The notes under the pieces were generated by a model. That model was not told where the DNA came from and made no database searches. It saw only the letters and a list, made by a program, of their open reading frames with translations. This document shows positions 27,987 to 37,859 of a stretch of 64,000 bases of DNA, one piece after another. Position numbers and translations under genes: made by a program. Within the stretch, counting starts at the first letter, position 1. Every line of letters starts with the position of its first letter. This DNA is from an uncultured Candidatus Poseidoniales archaeon (GTDB lineage: Archaea > Thermoplasmatota > Poseidoniia > Poseidoniales > Thalassarchaeaceae): the NCBI GenBank assembly GCA_902573015.1, contig CACGIE010000003.1, forward strand, positions 10,589 through 74,588, read 5' to 3'.

Positions 27987-28220
27987 GTGAAGTTGGAGTG
28001 TAACATAGGCTCTAGAGGGAAATTCCTTCGCTTGATATCGGGATCTTTCGGAGTCCTAGTCGGAATTGTCGCAGCTTCTTTCCTCTATATTCAGGGGATT
28101 GACGTGGGCGCAATGTGGCTGGTTCCTGCCTCACTGATTGGAGGGGGGTCATTTGCTATCTTCGAAGGTTGGTCAGGTTGGTGCGTAGCTAGGGCTTTGG
28201 GATTTTGGACTCCGATATGA
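27987..28220 (+). CDS. Small two-TM membrane protein (YgaP/DUF2892-like?)
   Basis: 77 aa with two hydrophobic helices and a GWSGWC motif near the C-terminus. A TATA-like tattttataa lies ~25 nt upstream. Confidence 0.35.
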   Translation: MKLECNIGSRGKFLRLISGSFGVLVGIVAASFLYIQGIDVGAMWLVPASLIGGGSFAIFEGWSGWCVARALGFWTPI

Positions 28221-28232
28221 GCCAATTGTCAA

Positions 28233-29111
28233 ATGCCATGCTACGTTCGAGTTGACGTGGGCGCACGGATTGTTGATGGCAAGGCTCTTGGCATAAAAAT
28301 CCAAGAAGAGGTGTCGGAGAGAGTTTCTTCACTGAAGAGACAAGGAGTTGTTCCTCACCTTGCTGTAGTGATAGCGGGAGACGACCCTGCTAGCCATGTG
28401 TATGTAAGGAACAAAGAGCGAGCGTGTGAGAGGTGTGGAATAGTTAGCACTCGGATCGACATGCCGGGAAGTTCGAAACTAGAAGAAATCCTAGAAGTAG
28501 TTGGCTCTCTTAACTCGGACCCAGATATCCACGGGATACTAGTTCAAAGTCCGGCGCCGGATGGTGTTGACGAACTGGCAATCGCATCGTCCATACTTCC
28601 GCAAAAGGATGTGGACGGATTTCATCCTGTCAATCTTGGAAAACTGGTACAGGGACGAGTTGGCGGGCTAATGCCCTGTACTCCATCTGGAGTAATGAGG
28701 ATGCTAAAGTCTAGCGGAGTGAAAACTCGAGGAGCTAGGGCTGTGGTTCTGGGTCGCTCAAGGATAGTTGGGATGCCCATGGCGCTAATGCTGGCACAGC
28801 CTGGTTGTGATGCTTCGGTCACCATAGTTCACTCGAAGACCGAGGGTATTTCCTCAATATGCAATCAGGCAGACATACTGATTGCTGCAGTTGGTAGACC
28901 CCATATGGTGGGGAAGGAATGGGTGAAGCAGGGCGCTTTCGTCGTTGACGTTGGTATTTCTCGGGTAGAAGACGGGTTGGCAGGGGATGTTTCTCCCGAA
29001 GTTTCGGAGGTTGCAGGTTGGATCACCCCCGTCCCAGGAGGGGTAGGGCCAATGACAATAGCCATGTTGATGGAAAATACGCTCAGAGCCGCAGAGATGC
29101 AACTGGTTTAA
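28233..29111 (+). CDS. folD: Bifunctional methylene-tetrahydrofolate dehydrogenase / methenyl-THF cyclohydrolase
   Basis: KDVDGFHPVNLGKL, GRSRIVGMPMALML and PVPGGVGPMTIAMLMENT motifs. The true start may be the GTG at 28257. Confidence 0.9.
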   Translation: MPCYVRVDVGARIVDGKALGIKIQEEVSERVSSLKRQGVVPHLAVVIAGDDPASHVYVRNKERACERCGIVSTRIDMPGSSKLEEILEVVGSLNSDPDIHGILVQSPAPDGVDELAIASSILPQKDVDGFHPVNLGKLVQGRVGGLMPCTPSGVMRMLKSSGVKTRGARAVVLGRSRIVGMPMALMLAQPGCDASVTIVHSKTEGISSICNQADILIAAVGRPHMVGKEWVKQGAFVVDVGISRVEDGLAGDVSPEVSEVAGWITPVPGGVGPMTIAMLMENTLRAAEMQLV

Positions 29112-29413
29112 TCGAAAATTCCCATCTCGAACTTCGCATCCTCGGAAGAATGGATTCTAGGGTCCCATGGAGGCGAGAAAGTCAGGTTCACGTGAACGCT
29201 TTCGATTCCCTCGGTAGCCAAAGCTGCCCTATGCACAGCCGCCATCAACTCTGGAGCGACGGGACAACCCGGACTAGTGAGGGTCATCTCAACCTCTACA
29301 TGGTTTGAGCTAATATCCACGGAGTAAATCAGTCCCAAGTCGGTAACCTTCAGATTTAGTTCGGGATCCTCAACATTGGACAGAGAGTCCATCACTTCTG
29401 ATTCTGTGACCAA
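29108..29413 (-). CDS. DUF59 / MIP18-family Fe-S assembly protein (SufT-like)
   Basis: VEDPELNLKVTDLGLIYSV and LTSPGCPVAPEL motifs, 101 aa, downstream of sufS-sufE. Confidence 0.8.
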   Translation of the reverse strand: MVTESEVMDSLSNVEDPELNLKVTDLGLIYSVDISSNHVEVEMTLTSPGCPVAPELMAAVHRAALATEGIESVHVNLTFSPPWDPRIHSSEDAKFEMGIFD

Positions 29414-29414
29414 C

Positions 29415-29918
29415 CTAAGTCCTCCCCGATAGCGAGGAAGCCTCTTCTTGGACCCTCTTGAACATATTCAGAAAACCGTTTGCTCTGCTTGGCGTTAGGG
29501 ATGACCTTATGCCCATCGAGTCCGCGAATTCTGGAGACATTGCCGCGACATAGGAAGGACTCATGCCATTCACAGCAATCGCAGTTACCGCAATCAGGCC
29601 CTGCACAATCTGTGCATCGGCCCCGCCCCTCAGGACGAATTGCCCCTCGTCGTCAATGTCGCAAGAGACATGTGCGCGTGATTGGCAACCATGTACTTGG
29701 TTTCCATCGTCCCACTCTTCGACGGGCAATGGAGAGGGGTTCCTCTTTGCGTATTGGAAAAGAAGCTCGTACCTCTCCATGGAGTCGAAGCAAGATGAGA
29801 ACTCCTCGACAATGGAGTCCAACTGCTCTGGCCATCTCCTTCCATCATCCACAACATCGCCTCGGGACCATTCGACTTGAAACTGCTCATCACTTGTCGG
29901 AAAACCTATCGACAACAT
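29415..29918 (-). CDS. sufE: SufE-like sulfur acceptor
   Basis: VHGCQSRAHV (the conserved GC(Q/E)S Cys loop), ~150 aa, adjacent to sufS. Confidence 0.75.
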   Translation of the reverse strand: MLSIGFPTSDEQFQVEWSRGDVVDDGRRWPEQLDSIVEEFSSCFDSMERYELLFQYAKRNPSPLPVEEWDDGNQVHGCQSRAHVSCDIDDEGQFVLRGGADAQIVQGLIAVTAIAVNGMSPSYVAAMSPEFADSMGIRSSLTPSRANGFLNMFKRVQEEASSLSGRT

Positions 29919-31185
29919 ATCTCAGATGCTCGACGAATGCTTCTGCCTCGTCCATGGTATTGTAAAGCCAGAAAGAGGCCCTGTTGGTAGATGGGACCCC
30001 TAGAGCGTCCATTAGAGGCTGTGCACAGTGATGACCCGTCCTCACTGCAAATCCACCCTCGTCCAAAAGTAGGGCGAGATCCTGGGACTGTATTGATTCG
30101 TGGAGGAAAGAGACGGCCCCGCTGCTATCCCCTCTGGTTGGGTCTCCGTAGACGGTTATGCCTTCTATCTCGGATATTTGCTCAGCGGTCCAAGATGCGA
30201 TTCTGTTTATGTGCGAGTGTATCTCTTTCATGTCATGCCTGTCCAGCCATTCGACAGCAGCTCCCCAACCGATTGCTTCTGCGATCCTCGGGGTTCCGGT
30301 TTCCAGCATTGCATGTCCCTCCTGGAAGGTGGATCCTTCGACACTCACCGTCTTTATCATTGAGCCACCGGTCATGAACGGGGCCATCTGCTCCATTGCG
30401 TCTCGTTTCACCAAGAGGCACCCTATCCCAGTTGGACCTCCCATCTTATGAGCAGATATCGCCACGAAGTCTACTCCGGATTGATCGAAACTGATTCTCT
30501 CATGGGGGGCTCCCTGTGCACAGTCCAACAGAACTCTGGCACCTTGGGAATGGGAGAGTTCCACGATCCTCTCTATGGGGTTCCTGATTCCTAGAACATT
30601 GCTGGTATGCACCACACAGACGAGTGATGCTCCGGAAACGGCTACCTCGAACGCATCCATATCAAGAGTGAAAGAGTCTGTGTCGATTGGGACGTAACGA
30701 ACTTCTACACCTTTCTCCTTGGATAGTTGCTGCCATGGAACTATGTCAGCGTGATGCTCCATTTCAGTGAGAACAATCACATCTCCGGGGGAGAGGTTCT
30801 CTCTGGCCCATGCATAAGAGACCAGATTGATGGCCTCGGTGGCTCCGCTTGTGTAGACCATCTGTTCAGGAGAGGTTCCAAAAAAGGTGGAAATGGACTT
30901 CCTAGCCCCCTCAAGAGCGGTGGTTGCCTCATCTGCCAGAGTATGATTGGCCCTATGGGCATTTGAGTTGTATTCCGAGTAGTACTCAGACATCGCGTCT
31001 ATTACGCATTGGGGTTTCTGAGATGTCGCTGCATTATCGAAATAGACTAACTGCTTGCCATTCGGTAGTTTCCTATCAAGAATCGGGAAATCTTTCCTAA
31101 TCGATTCTACGTCCATTCCCATGTCATCAACTGAATAACGCAGAAGGTTATGAGTTTTGAATTCGTGTATGACCAAATGGGCCAT
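29890..31185 (-). CDS. sufS: Cysteine desulfurase, SufS (group II) type
   Basis: SAHKMGGPTGIG carries the PLP-Lys and RTGHHCAQP carries the catalytic Cys loop. The start may be the internal Met at 31122. Confidence 0.9.
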   Translation of the reverse strand: MAHLVIHEFKTHNLLRYSVDDMGMDVESIRKDFPILDRKLPNGKQLVYFDNAATSQKPQCVIDAMSEYYSEYNSNAHRANHTLADEATTALEGARKSISTFFGTSPEQMVYTSGATEAINLVSYAWARENLSPGDVIVLTEMEHHADIVPWQQLSKEKGVEVRYVPIDTDSFTLDMDAFEVAVSGASLVCVVHTSNVLGIRNPIERIVELSHSQGARVLLDCAQGAPHERISFDQSGVDFVAISAHKMGGPTGIGCLLVKRDAMEQMAPFMTGGSMIKTVSVEGSTFQEGHAMLETGTPRIAEAIGWGAAVEWLDRHDMKEIHSHINRIASWTAEQISEIEGITVYGDPTRGDSSGAVSFLHESIQSQDLALLLDEGGFAVRTGHHCAQPLMDALGVPSTNRASFWLYNTMDEAEAFVEHLRYVVDRFSDK

Positions 31186-31199
31186 TCTAGAGTCTGTCT

Positions 31200-31277
31200 T
31201 GGTGCTCCTGCCGGGATTTGAACCCGGGTCGCCGGGATGAAAACCCGGAATGATGGACCGTACTACACCACAGGAGC
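31200..31277 (-). tRNA. tRNA-Glu (anticodon UUC) with encoded 3' CCA
   Basis: Folded by hand: GCTCCTG/CAGGAGC acceptor stem, anticodon arm CCGGG-TTTTCAT-CCCGG, T-arm CCGGG-TTCAAAT-CCCGG, then A-CCA. 78 nt. Confidence 0.9.
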
Positions 31278-31308
31278 GGCATATTTCCGAGTTGCTACTT
31301 TCTCATAA

Positions 31309-31917
31309 TCAGTTCTGTTGCAGATGAGTGGCCGATTCATTGTCCAGACCCCTCCACCATTTGTTTAGAGGAATGAATGCTGCAAACGAAAACCCGCAGA
31401 CTAGTATCCAGAAGAGGGGGTTGTCCAAGTGATCAAGGAATTCATCCCCCCACACACCAATGAGTAGGACCTGTAGGCCGAACCGTATGCCTCTCCCAAA
31501 TATTCCAGCTAATACGAATGGTCTGATATCCATCCTTCCTGCACCTGCAGACCATGCAAGAAGTTTGTATGGAATTGGGGATAATGCTGCGACGAACACT
31601 CCCGTATCCCCATATCTGACCAATATCTCATCAAGTCTCCTGGATAAGGAAGGTCTGGCAAATCTACCAATAACCGGTCTTCCGGCATAAAGTCCAATCG
31701 CATATCCCCCCAATGAGCCTAGAACACTGGAAATGGTGACGACAAGGAATATCGCCATGAGTTCTAAGGTACTGGCTGCCTTTAGAGACATTGGAATGAC
31801 TAGTAAATCAGGAGGAACTGGTTGGATTATAGATTCTGTGAAAGAAACCAGAGCAAGCCCGACCAATCCGAAGTTGCTCCCCCAATCAATCACAGACGAC
31901 GTTATCTGTTCGAGCAC
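31309..31917 (-). CDS. DedA / VTT-domain (SNARE-associated) membrane protein
   Basis: 202 aa and multi-TM, with re-entrant-loop-like motifs (PVPPDLLVIP, PYKLLAWSAGAGRM) typical of the DedA family. Confidence 0.6.
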   Translation of the reverse strand: MLEQITSSVIDWGSNFGLVGLALVSFTESIIQPVPPDLLVIPMSLKAASTLELMAIFLVVTISSVLGSLGGYAIGLYAGRPVIGRFARPSLSRRLDEILVRYGDTGVFVAALSPIPYKLLAWSAGAGRMDIRPFVLAGIFGRGIRFGLQVLLIGVWGDEFLDHLDNPLFWILVCGFSFAAFIPLNKWWRGLDNESATHLQQN

Positions 31918-32013
31918 GTTTGTTCGCCGCGGGGCTTCTGCATAACCATTACTTCAGACTTCAGACTCAATTGGGATAATACAACTCTAATTGGAGATCC
32001 GCGACGCAGGAAC

Positions 32014-32508
32014 ATGGGTGTGCCGAATGTTCTGGACACGGCCGCCCTGATCAGTTGGCCGATCGAGTTACTTGATGGGGGATATGTCGTGGAAAATCAG
32101 AGGTTGGAGGTCAGCAGAGTTTCTCCCGAGCGGATGTTGTCTCTAGAAGCTGCGAATCTCATATGGAAGAGCCCATCAATAGAATCCATAGATCGGGCAA
32201 CGAAGATTTCTCGAGATACAGGTGACTTGGACGGCCTCTCAGAAACTGATCTGTCACTTCTTGCACTAGTTATCGATGTCAAGGGGCACTTGTATACTGA
32301 TGATTACAGGATACAGAATGTATGCAGTTCGAATGAGATTAAGTGGTCTCCCGTGGAGACGGTTGGAATCACAGAGACCTGGAAGTGGGAGTTGAAATGC
32401 AGAGGATGTGGGAGAGTGACTTCTGGGAGAGGGGGAACAAGGTTAGCCAGAGAGAGTCCTGGAGAGTGCGAGGACTGCGGATCAGAATTGAGGTTCAGGA
32501 AGATTTAG
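32014..32508 (+). CDS. nob1: Nob1-like endonuclease (PIN domain plus C-terminal zinc ribbon), for 16S rRNA 3'-end maturation
   Basis: VLDTAALI and TDDYRIQNV PIN motifs, plus CRGCG...x19...CEDCGSEL. I chose the ATG at 32014 because the track ORF's upstream extension overlaps the divergent DedA gene. Confidence 0.7.
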   Translation: MGVPNVLDTAALISWPIELLDGGYVVENQRLEVSRVSPERMLSLEAANLIWKSPSIESIDRATKISRDTGDLDGLSETDLSLLALVIDVKGHLYTDDYRIQNVCSSNEIKWSPVETVGITETWKWELKCRGCGRVTSGRGGTRLARESPGECEDCGSELRFRKI

Positions 32509-32715
32509 TCACTCTTGCTCGGAGGCGATGTCTTCAGTCATCCCCCCACGATCCATGTCCCCTATGGCTGCCATCTCGGACGCTTCCTTCATCCCCATCT
32601 GGAATTCGCCCTTGGCCCTTCCAACCCCTCTAGCCAGTTGTGGTATCTTGTTTGCTCCGAAAATTAGTATCCCGAACACTACCAGAATGACGATTTCTGT
32701 AGACCCTATTGCCAT
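32509..32715 (-). CDS. tatA: Twin-arginine translocase subunit TatA/E
   Basis: 68 aa. An N-terminal TM helix is followed by FG..K.P......G....F (ILIFGANKIPQLARGVGRAKGEF). Confidence 0.85.
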   Translation of the reverse strand: MAIGSTEIVILVVFGILIFGANKIPQLARGVGRAKGEFQMGMKEASEMAAIGDMDRGGMTEDIASEQE

Positions 32716-32770
32716 GCTAACAGGATGTTGTGTGGGGGTCTTTGTTCAAATGTTTTGGCATCTTTGCCCT

Positions 32771-33061
32771 TCAACCGCCTGAAACTGGAGGTAGGAAGGC
32801 AACTTCAGCCGAGTCGTAGAGCTCCCGGGATGTGTCCGGCTCGACAATACCATCGATTGCCACCCTCATTCCGGAATCCAGCATTCCCTCTAATTCGAAT
32901 CGTTCTGCTAATTGCATCAGAGTTGTCCCATCTGGCATATTTACCTCTATCTCTCTAGTCCCCATCTTCTCCGCCAATGGTCCGAACATGAGCATAGTTA
33001 CCTTGATCGCTCTGTCATAGTCCTGCGCATCCTCCATGTCAGAGGGGAGTGTTCCGAGCAA
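32771..33061 (-). CDS. MoaD/ThiS-family ubiquitin-like small protein (SAMP-like), C-terminal Gly-Gly
   Basis: It ends ...AFLPPVSGG and has a beta-grasp-like length. The real start is probably internal (Met at 33037 or 32995). Confidence 0.7.
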   Translation of the reverse strand: MLGTLPSDMEDAQDYDRAIKVTMLMFGPLAEKMGTREIEVNMPDGTTLMQLAERFELEGMLDSGMRVAIDGIVEPDTSRELYDSAEVAFLPPVSGG

Positions 33062-33110
33062 ATCAACTCACCTACCCAATTATTAGCCGTCTCCGGATAT
33101 CGACAAATCA

Positions 33111-33797
33111 GTGGTTAGAGCGGTTGTTTTCGATTGTGATGGGGTGCTATCTGACAATGGCTCCTCTTGGCAGATGATTCACAGAAGCTTCGGAACTGGG
33201 GAAGATGATGGGGGAGAACATCAGGAGGCTCTAGAGATGTTCTTGGATGGTAAAATCTCGGAGGAGGAGTTTGTTGCTCATGATATCAAACTATGGAGGG
33301 AGGTTCGTCCAGAAATCCATAGAGATGACATCATGCGTTGCTACAGCGGAGTAGGGCTAATTGAGGGTGCCAGAAAGGTTGTCGAGAACCTGAAGAAAAG
33401 AGGGGTTTTTGTGGCGATTGTTTCCTCTGGGGTGGACATCTTCGTAGGTGCTATCGCAAATATGCTGAAGGTTGACGACTGGGTTGCAAATGGTTTCGAA
33501 TGGGATGATGAAGGGTGGCTATTGGGTGGTCTCCCAACTAGGGTACTAACTCACGATAAGGGGATTATGGTTGAAAAATTAGCAAGAATAAACGGGTTCG
33601 AGCCATCACAGATTGTCTCTGTGGGAGATTCCAGCACAGACTTGTCAATGAAGATCGAGGGGTCCAAATTCATTGGATTCAATCCAAGAAGAGAGAGGGC
33701 ACTGGAGGCTTTCGTGGAAGCAGGTGTCCCTGTAGTTGAAGAGAAGGACTTGAGTCTGATATGGCCGTTAATTTTCCCTGGTGAGGAAATCTCTTAG
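33111..33797 (+). CDS. HAD-superfamily hydrolase (phosphoserine phosphatase-like, subfamily IB)
   Basis: VVFDCDGVL (motif I, DxD), VSSG (motif II) and GDSSTDLSM (motif IV). Confidence 0.7.
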   Translation: MVRAVVFDCDGVLSDNGSSWQMIHRSFGTGEDDGGEHQEALEMFLDGKISEEEFVAHDIKLWREVRPEIHRDDIMRCYSGVGLIEGARKVVENLKKRGVFVAIVSSGVDIFVGAIANMLKVDDWVANGFEWDDEGWLLGGLPTRVLTHDKGIMVEKLARINGFEPSQIVSVGDSSTDLSMKIEGSKFIGFNPRRERALEAFVEAGVPVVEEKDLSLIWPLIFPGEEIS

Positions 33798-35414
33798 CTA
33801 GACGAAATCGATTGATTCAGTGGCGAAAGTATGTAGGTTAACCACCGTGAGAATACATGGCTTTGGTTGAAATCCCAACATTCTCTGGAAATCTGTCTGA
33901 TCCTGCCAAGTGGAGCTGTGCACCATGAGTGTGCCCTTGTGATCCCCAACAAAATGCCCATGCACGTGCCCGGTCACGAAAATATCTGGAACCACTGGAA
34001 TAACCATCCTATCCTCTGGCTCTGGAGAAAGCGGCGTCTTGCCACCCCAAGAGGGAGCGAGGTGCCTCCTCTCAAGCATGGCACGCATGGCCATCTCCGG
34101 TTTGGAATAAGTGACTGACCTAAGCGTGGCTACGAAATCGTCAATACTCTTTCCGTGATAGGAGAGTATCCTAACGCCATGAAGGCTGAAGTCGCAGGGA
34201 TTTCCAACAAATGTGGTATTCGAATAGTCCTGTTGTACCTCCGGATCCAGGGCTGGTTGGGGCTCTGCTGGTCGGACGGCGTCATGATTTCCGGGGAGCA
34301 TCACTACATCGACCCAATCGGGTATATCTTCTAGCATCCTTGCCAGCTCCCCGTATTGATTGAATAAGTCGGTGATGGCTAGATGCCTCTCCTGGCCAGG
34401 ATAAATTCCTACACCATCTACTCCATCACCTGTGAGAACGAAGTATTTGACGGTCTTAGCCAGAGGGTCATTCTTGAACCATTGAACCATCTTCTCCCAC
34501 TGAGGTGCGAGGAAAGTCTTGCTTCCCAGGTGTACGTCGGACAGGAATGCTGCGGAAACGGCAGACTCCTCCCCTGCTTGGGATTTGGAATGCTGTCCCA
34601 ATGGAGGTTTGTGTATGTTCTGAACCCACAATATGGGCTCTCTCTCACCGGAAGAGAAATTACCACTAACTCCGACTATCTCGTCATCCATCAGTCCGTC
34701 TAGAGATGGATGCAAGGGCGAGGCATCAGAAGGTGGTTTGATCATGCACCTAATCTGGGTGCTCTCATCCTCCAAAAGGAAGCTCATCCAACCATTCTTA
34801 GTCCACCTTACATCACTTGATAGACCAATGATTGTGAATTCTGATTCCTTATTTGTTAGCCTCCGGCGATTCCTCCATGCTTCGGAGTTGCTGATCGGCC
34901 TTCTTGGAAGAACTCCGTGAGAAATCATCATGCTTCTAATCTGCGCAAGTCTACTCTTGAAGCAGGATTGCATATCTGAAATTCTCCCCTCAGTAGAAGA
35001 TTGCCCGGTTATATCGAAATGAATCTCGATCTCCGAGTCAACTTCTCTTGCTTCCAGGGGGAAGTCGGTGCTGTTGAATCCTGAAGACGATCTGGGCCTT
35101 GGGATTGTTTTGTCTGAGGCGGGAAGAATGGGGGCTAGGACCCTCCCATGAGGGGCATCTTGCTCGGGCCTAGGTAATGTCGACTGAGAGAGGGATTTTT
35201 GAGTTTCATCGGGGGACTCTGTTGGAGATGAAGAGATGGCCAGCAACTCATCTACCGTTGCTCCATTTAGTAGCCTAACACCTGATGAATTAGCGGCTTC
35301 TATCAGAGGGAGAACATTCTGTAGTTTTTCCAGCTTCTCCTTTGCACTAGTCTGAACGATCAAGCCCGCAGAGGAAAGTTGGCTGTGCATATCTTCCCAA
35401 CTCGGCGAGCGCAT
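33798..35414 (-). CDS. DNA polymerase II (PolD) small subunit DP1
   Basis: Calcineurin-like phosphodiesterase motifs are LSDVHLGS, GDGVDGVGIYPGQ, LPGNHD and TGHVHG. An OB-fold region lies upstream. 538 aa. The family is archaea-specific. Confidence 0.85.
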   Translation of the reverse strand: MRSPSWEDMHSQLSSAGLIVQTSAKEKLEKLQNVLPLIEAANSSGVRLLNGATVDELLAISSSPTESPDETQKSLSQSTLPRPEQDAPHGRVLAPILPASDKTIPRPRSSSGFNSTDFPLEAREVDSEIEIHFDITGQSSTEGRISDMQSCFKSRLAQIRSMMISHGVLPRRPISNSEAWRNRRRLTNKESEFTIIGLSSDVRWTKNGWMSFLLEDESTQIRCMIKPPSDASPLHPSLDGLMDDEIVGVSGNFSSGEREPILWVQNIHKPPLGQHSKSQAGEESAVSAAFLSDVHLGSKTFLAPQWEKMVQWFKNDPLAKTVKYFVLTGDGVDGVGIYPGQERHLAITDLFNQYGELARMLEDIPDWVDVVMLPGNHDAVRPAEPQPALDPEVQQDYSNTTFVGNPCDFSLHGVRILSYHGKSIDDFVATLRSVTYSKPEMAMRAMLERRHLAPSWGGKTPLSPEPEDRMVIPVVPDIFVTGHVHGHFVGDHKGTLMVHSSTWQDQTDFQRMLGFQPKPCILTVVNLHTFATESIDFV

Positions 35415-35476
35415 GCGGTGGACGTCATATGTGAACGCCCTTGATGGTATCTATCGATGGGATTCTTCCAGATGAA

Positions 35477-36184
35477 TTACTCGTCCCAATCGATCAGTGA
35501 TGCAAGATCTATCTTCTTCAGAGATTGAGAGACAGTTTTCTTCTCAGAGCCCCATGAAATCCCCCCTTCCCACTCGTCCGTACCCAGTAATGACTGATCT
35601 TCTGGGCCTTCTTCCGTGTTGACTCCCGCGGGATCGCTACTCAGTGAGGTCTCCTTCTTTGATCCATCATCTAGCCTATCAATAGCCTCCAAGGCCAATC
35701 TCAGAGCGAACGAAGCGAATGAACGCTTGTTATCGAGACGATCGTTATCTCCGAAATCCATTCTCCTGACCAAGAAGTAGTCCTCGGCAATTACTGCAAC
35801 GTGAACCCTCCCGACTTCCTTATGTTCGGAAGACCCGCTAGGACCTGCGATTCCTGTGACTGCAATAGAGATATTTGATCCGGACTTGTAACGTGCCCCA
35901 CGGGCCATTTGAACTGCAACCTTGTGAGAGACTGCCCCATAACCACCCTCATCAAAGGCGGAGCTTTCTACGCCCAGTTCCCTCATTTTTGACTCGTTGG
36001 AGTATACAATCCAACCTTGCTTGAACCAGGCACTAGCTCCGGAAATATCAGTAAGCAGTGATGATATCAATCCGCCAGTGCAAGATTCCGCGGTGGAAAT
36101 TGTCCAGTCCTTCTTGATTAGACGGTGCTTCAACCTAGAAGCGAGGGCAGCAGCCTCTTCGACCACGAAATTCTGTCTCTGCAC
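35477..36184 (-). CDS. CinA-family nicotinamide-nucleotide amidohydrolase (PncC domain) with a C-terminal acidic extension
   Basis: TAESCTGGL and GIAGPSG motifs. Confidence 0.75.
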   Translation of the reverse strand: MQRQNFVVEEAAALASRLKHRLIKKDWTISTAESCTGGLISSLLTDISGASAWFKQGWIVYSNESKMRELGVESSAFDEGGYGAVSHKVAVQMARGARYKSGSNISIAVTGIAGPSGSSEHKEVGRVHVAVIAEDYFLVRRMDFGDNDRLDNKRSFASFALRLALEAIDRLDDGSKKETSLSSDPAGVNTEEGPEDQSLLGTDEWEGGISWGSEKKTVSQSLKKIDLASLIDWDE

Positions 36185-36244
36185 ACACTATTGACCTTTT
36201 TCTGTAAATTTGGAGACGTAGCGTGCCCCCCTATCGATTATTAT

Positions 36245-36320
36245 TGGTGGGTCCGGCAGGAATTGAACCTGCGATCTTCGCTTTGTAAGAGCGACGTCAT
36301 AACCCCTAGACCACGGACCC
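36245..36320 (-). tRNA. tRNA-Val (anticodon UAC) with encoded 3' CCA
   Basis: Folded by hand: GGGTCCG/CGGACCC acceptor stem, anticodon arm TCGCT-CTTACAA-AGCGA, T-arm GCAGG-TTCAATT-CCTGC, then A-CCA. 76 nt. Confidence 0.9.
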
Positions 36321-36388
36321 CGGGAGGTCCGAAGAGCAATGCATTCAAATCCTCTATGGTGGTTATCACCGATTGAGGAGGGTTCTGA

Positions 36389-37375
36389 GTGTCAATGTCC
36401 GAATTAGTTGAGAGGCTCGAGGCTGCAGGAATACCAATAGACGATTTGACTAAATCTGCCATGATTGATATCGACCCAGGACATTTCACAGATCATGATT
36501 TGGAGGGTTTCTGGCACGATAGGCCGATACCCTTCCTATTCACTGGTTTTGGGGCAACTAGAACGATCTCAGCACCCCATATGATAGCGACCCTTCTCCA
36601 TCATCTTGAGATAAATAAGGGACAAGACATCATGCTAATTGGTTCTAAAGGAGGGTACCTCGCTGCAATAATAGACAGGATGGTTGGGGAGGAAGGAACA
36701 GTTACCATCCTTGAGCCTCACGAAGAGGTCAGGTTACACACCGAAGATAGGCTAGCGAGTCACCCATGTTCTGGAACGATCAGAGTTCTGCGACCAAATG
36801 ACGTCGGTGAAATAGAGCATCTTTCTGGAGGCTTCGGAAGGGTTCTGATTACTGGCTCAGTAAGAGAGATTCCGAATTCCATCGGAGAGTTAGTCATAGA
36901 TGGTGGTTTCGTACTAGGTCCTTTTGGCGGACCCGTGCACCAGAGACTATTGAAGAGGGAAAAGCAGGGCGGTGATTGGTTTGATACCGATCTAGGAGGG
37001 GTAGTTTTCGGACCGATGGATGTTGGAGAGTCTGAAACCAGTCCGCTTGATCCGATTTCCCTAGCCAATCACATCGAGGATGCATTTGATCTGGTTGGCG
37101 GGATGATCGAGATTGAAGAGAGCACTTGCGCGAGAGTTAGAAATCTCATTCTGGCATTACGAGAGATGCCACCGGATCTCCCATATATCGACGAGGAGTC
37201 TTCTGAAGAGGAGGTAATGGAACATCCAGTAGTAGACCTCCTGATGTCGGAAATTGAGTGGTTGGGGCCATTGTGGCCAATATTCAGTGAGTTTCTTTCG
37301 GTTGACCTTGCCAGCCCCGGTTCTCCCGAAGAGACCTCAGATTTCGCTGGCGGTCATGAGGATCTGATACCCTAA
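36389..37375 (+). CDS. Protein-L-isoaspartate O-methyltransferase-like protein with a ~120-aa C-terminal extension
   Basis: TISAPHMIATLLHHLEI...DIMLIGSKGGYLAAII matches the PCMT pre-motif and the SAM motif I region. 328 aa versus ~210 for canonical Pcm. Confidence 0.6.
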   Translation: MSMSELVERLEAAGIPIDDLTKSAMIDIDPGHFTDHDLEGFWHDRPIPFLFTGFGATRTISAPHMIATLLHHLEINKGQDIMLIGSKGGYLAAIIDRMVGEEGTVTILEPHEEVRLHTEDRLASHPCSGTIRVLRPNDVGEIEHLSGGFGRVLITGSVREIPNSIGELVIDGGFVLGPFGGPVHQRLLKREKQGGDWFDTDLGGVVFGPMDVGESETSPLDPISLANHIEDAFDLVGGMIEIEESTCARVRNLILALREMPPDLPYIDEESSEEEVMEHPVVDLLMSEIEWLGPLWPIFSEFLSVDLASPGSPEETSDFAGGHEDLIP

Positions 37376-37384
37376 TTTGGAATA

Positions 37385-37798
37385 CTATTCTTCTACTGCT
37401 GGTAGAAGAAGCCTATCCAGAGAAACTGATATTGGCGGGAGGTGGTCGGGAAGTCTATGTCGGCTAGTCTTTGGATCGAAGAGCTCTGCACTAAGTCCTG
37501 CTTGAATCACCTCTTCCTTAGTTACTGAATCCCTGCCACAATTTGGCCACACGTCTAACTCGATTGAGTCATCTCCCTGATAGTCGACCAAAACGCATGG
37601 AAGGCATTTCAGGCCTATTCGCAATGCCACCTGGTGACGATGGTGGCCATCTAGGATTACGCCCGTATTCCTGTCTACAACTAATGGCAGAACGTAGGCC
37701 TTCCAGCGATGTGTCATTTTTTCTAATTCATCGACCTTCTTGGGTATTGTCAGTTCATGGGGAAGAAGTATTTCCATGGGGACCAAATCGACCTGCAT
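37385..37798 (-). CDS. ParB/sulfiredoxin-like domain protein
   Basis: LLPHELT...VILDGHHRHQVALRIG carries the DGHHR signature of ParB N-terminal-like domains. 137 aa. Confidence 0.55.
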   Translation of the reverse strand: MQVDLVPMEILLPHELTIPKKVDELEKMTHRWKAYVLPLVVDRNTGVILDGHHRHQVALRIGLKCLPCVLVDYQGDDSIELDVWPNCGRDSVTKEEVIQAGLSAELFDPKTSRHRLPDHLPPISVSLDRLLLPAVEE

Positions 37799-37859
37799 GA
37801 CCTCGCCACGAGCCGTGATTCAATATATCTGCTCCTGTTGGGAGATTCGGGGTTAGAAC

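Noticed and set aside
29480-30451. Several plus-strand ORFs (29480-29965, 29563-29880, 29991-30377, 30100-30363, 30158-30451).
   Set aside because: They are antisense to sufE and sufS, both of which carry catalytic-site motifs.
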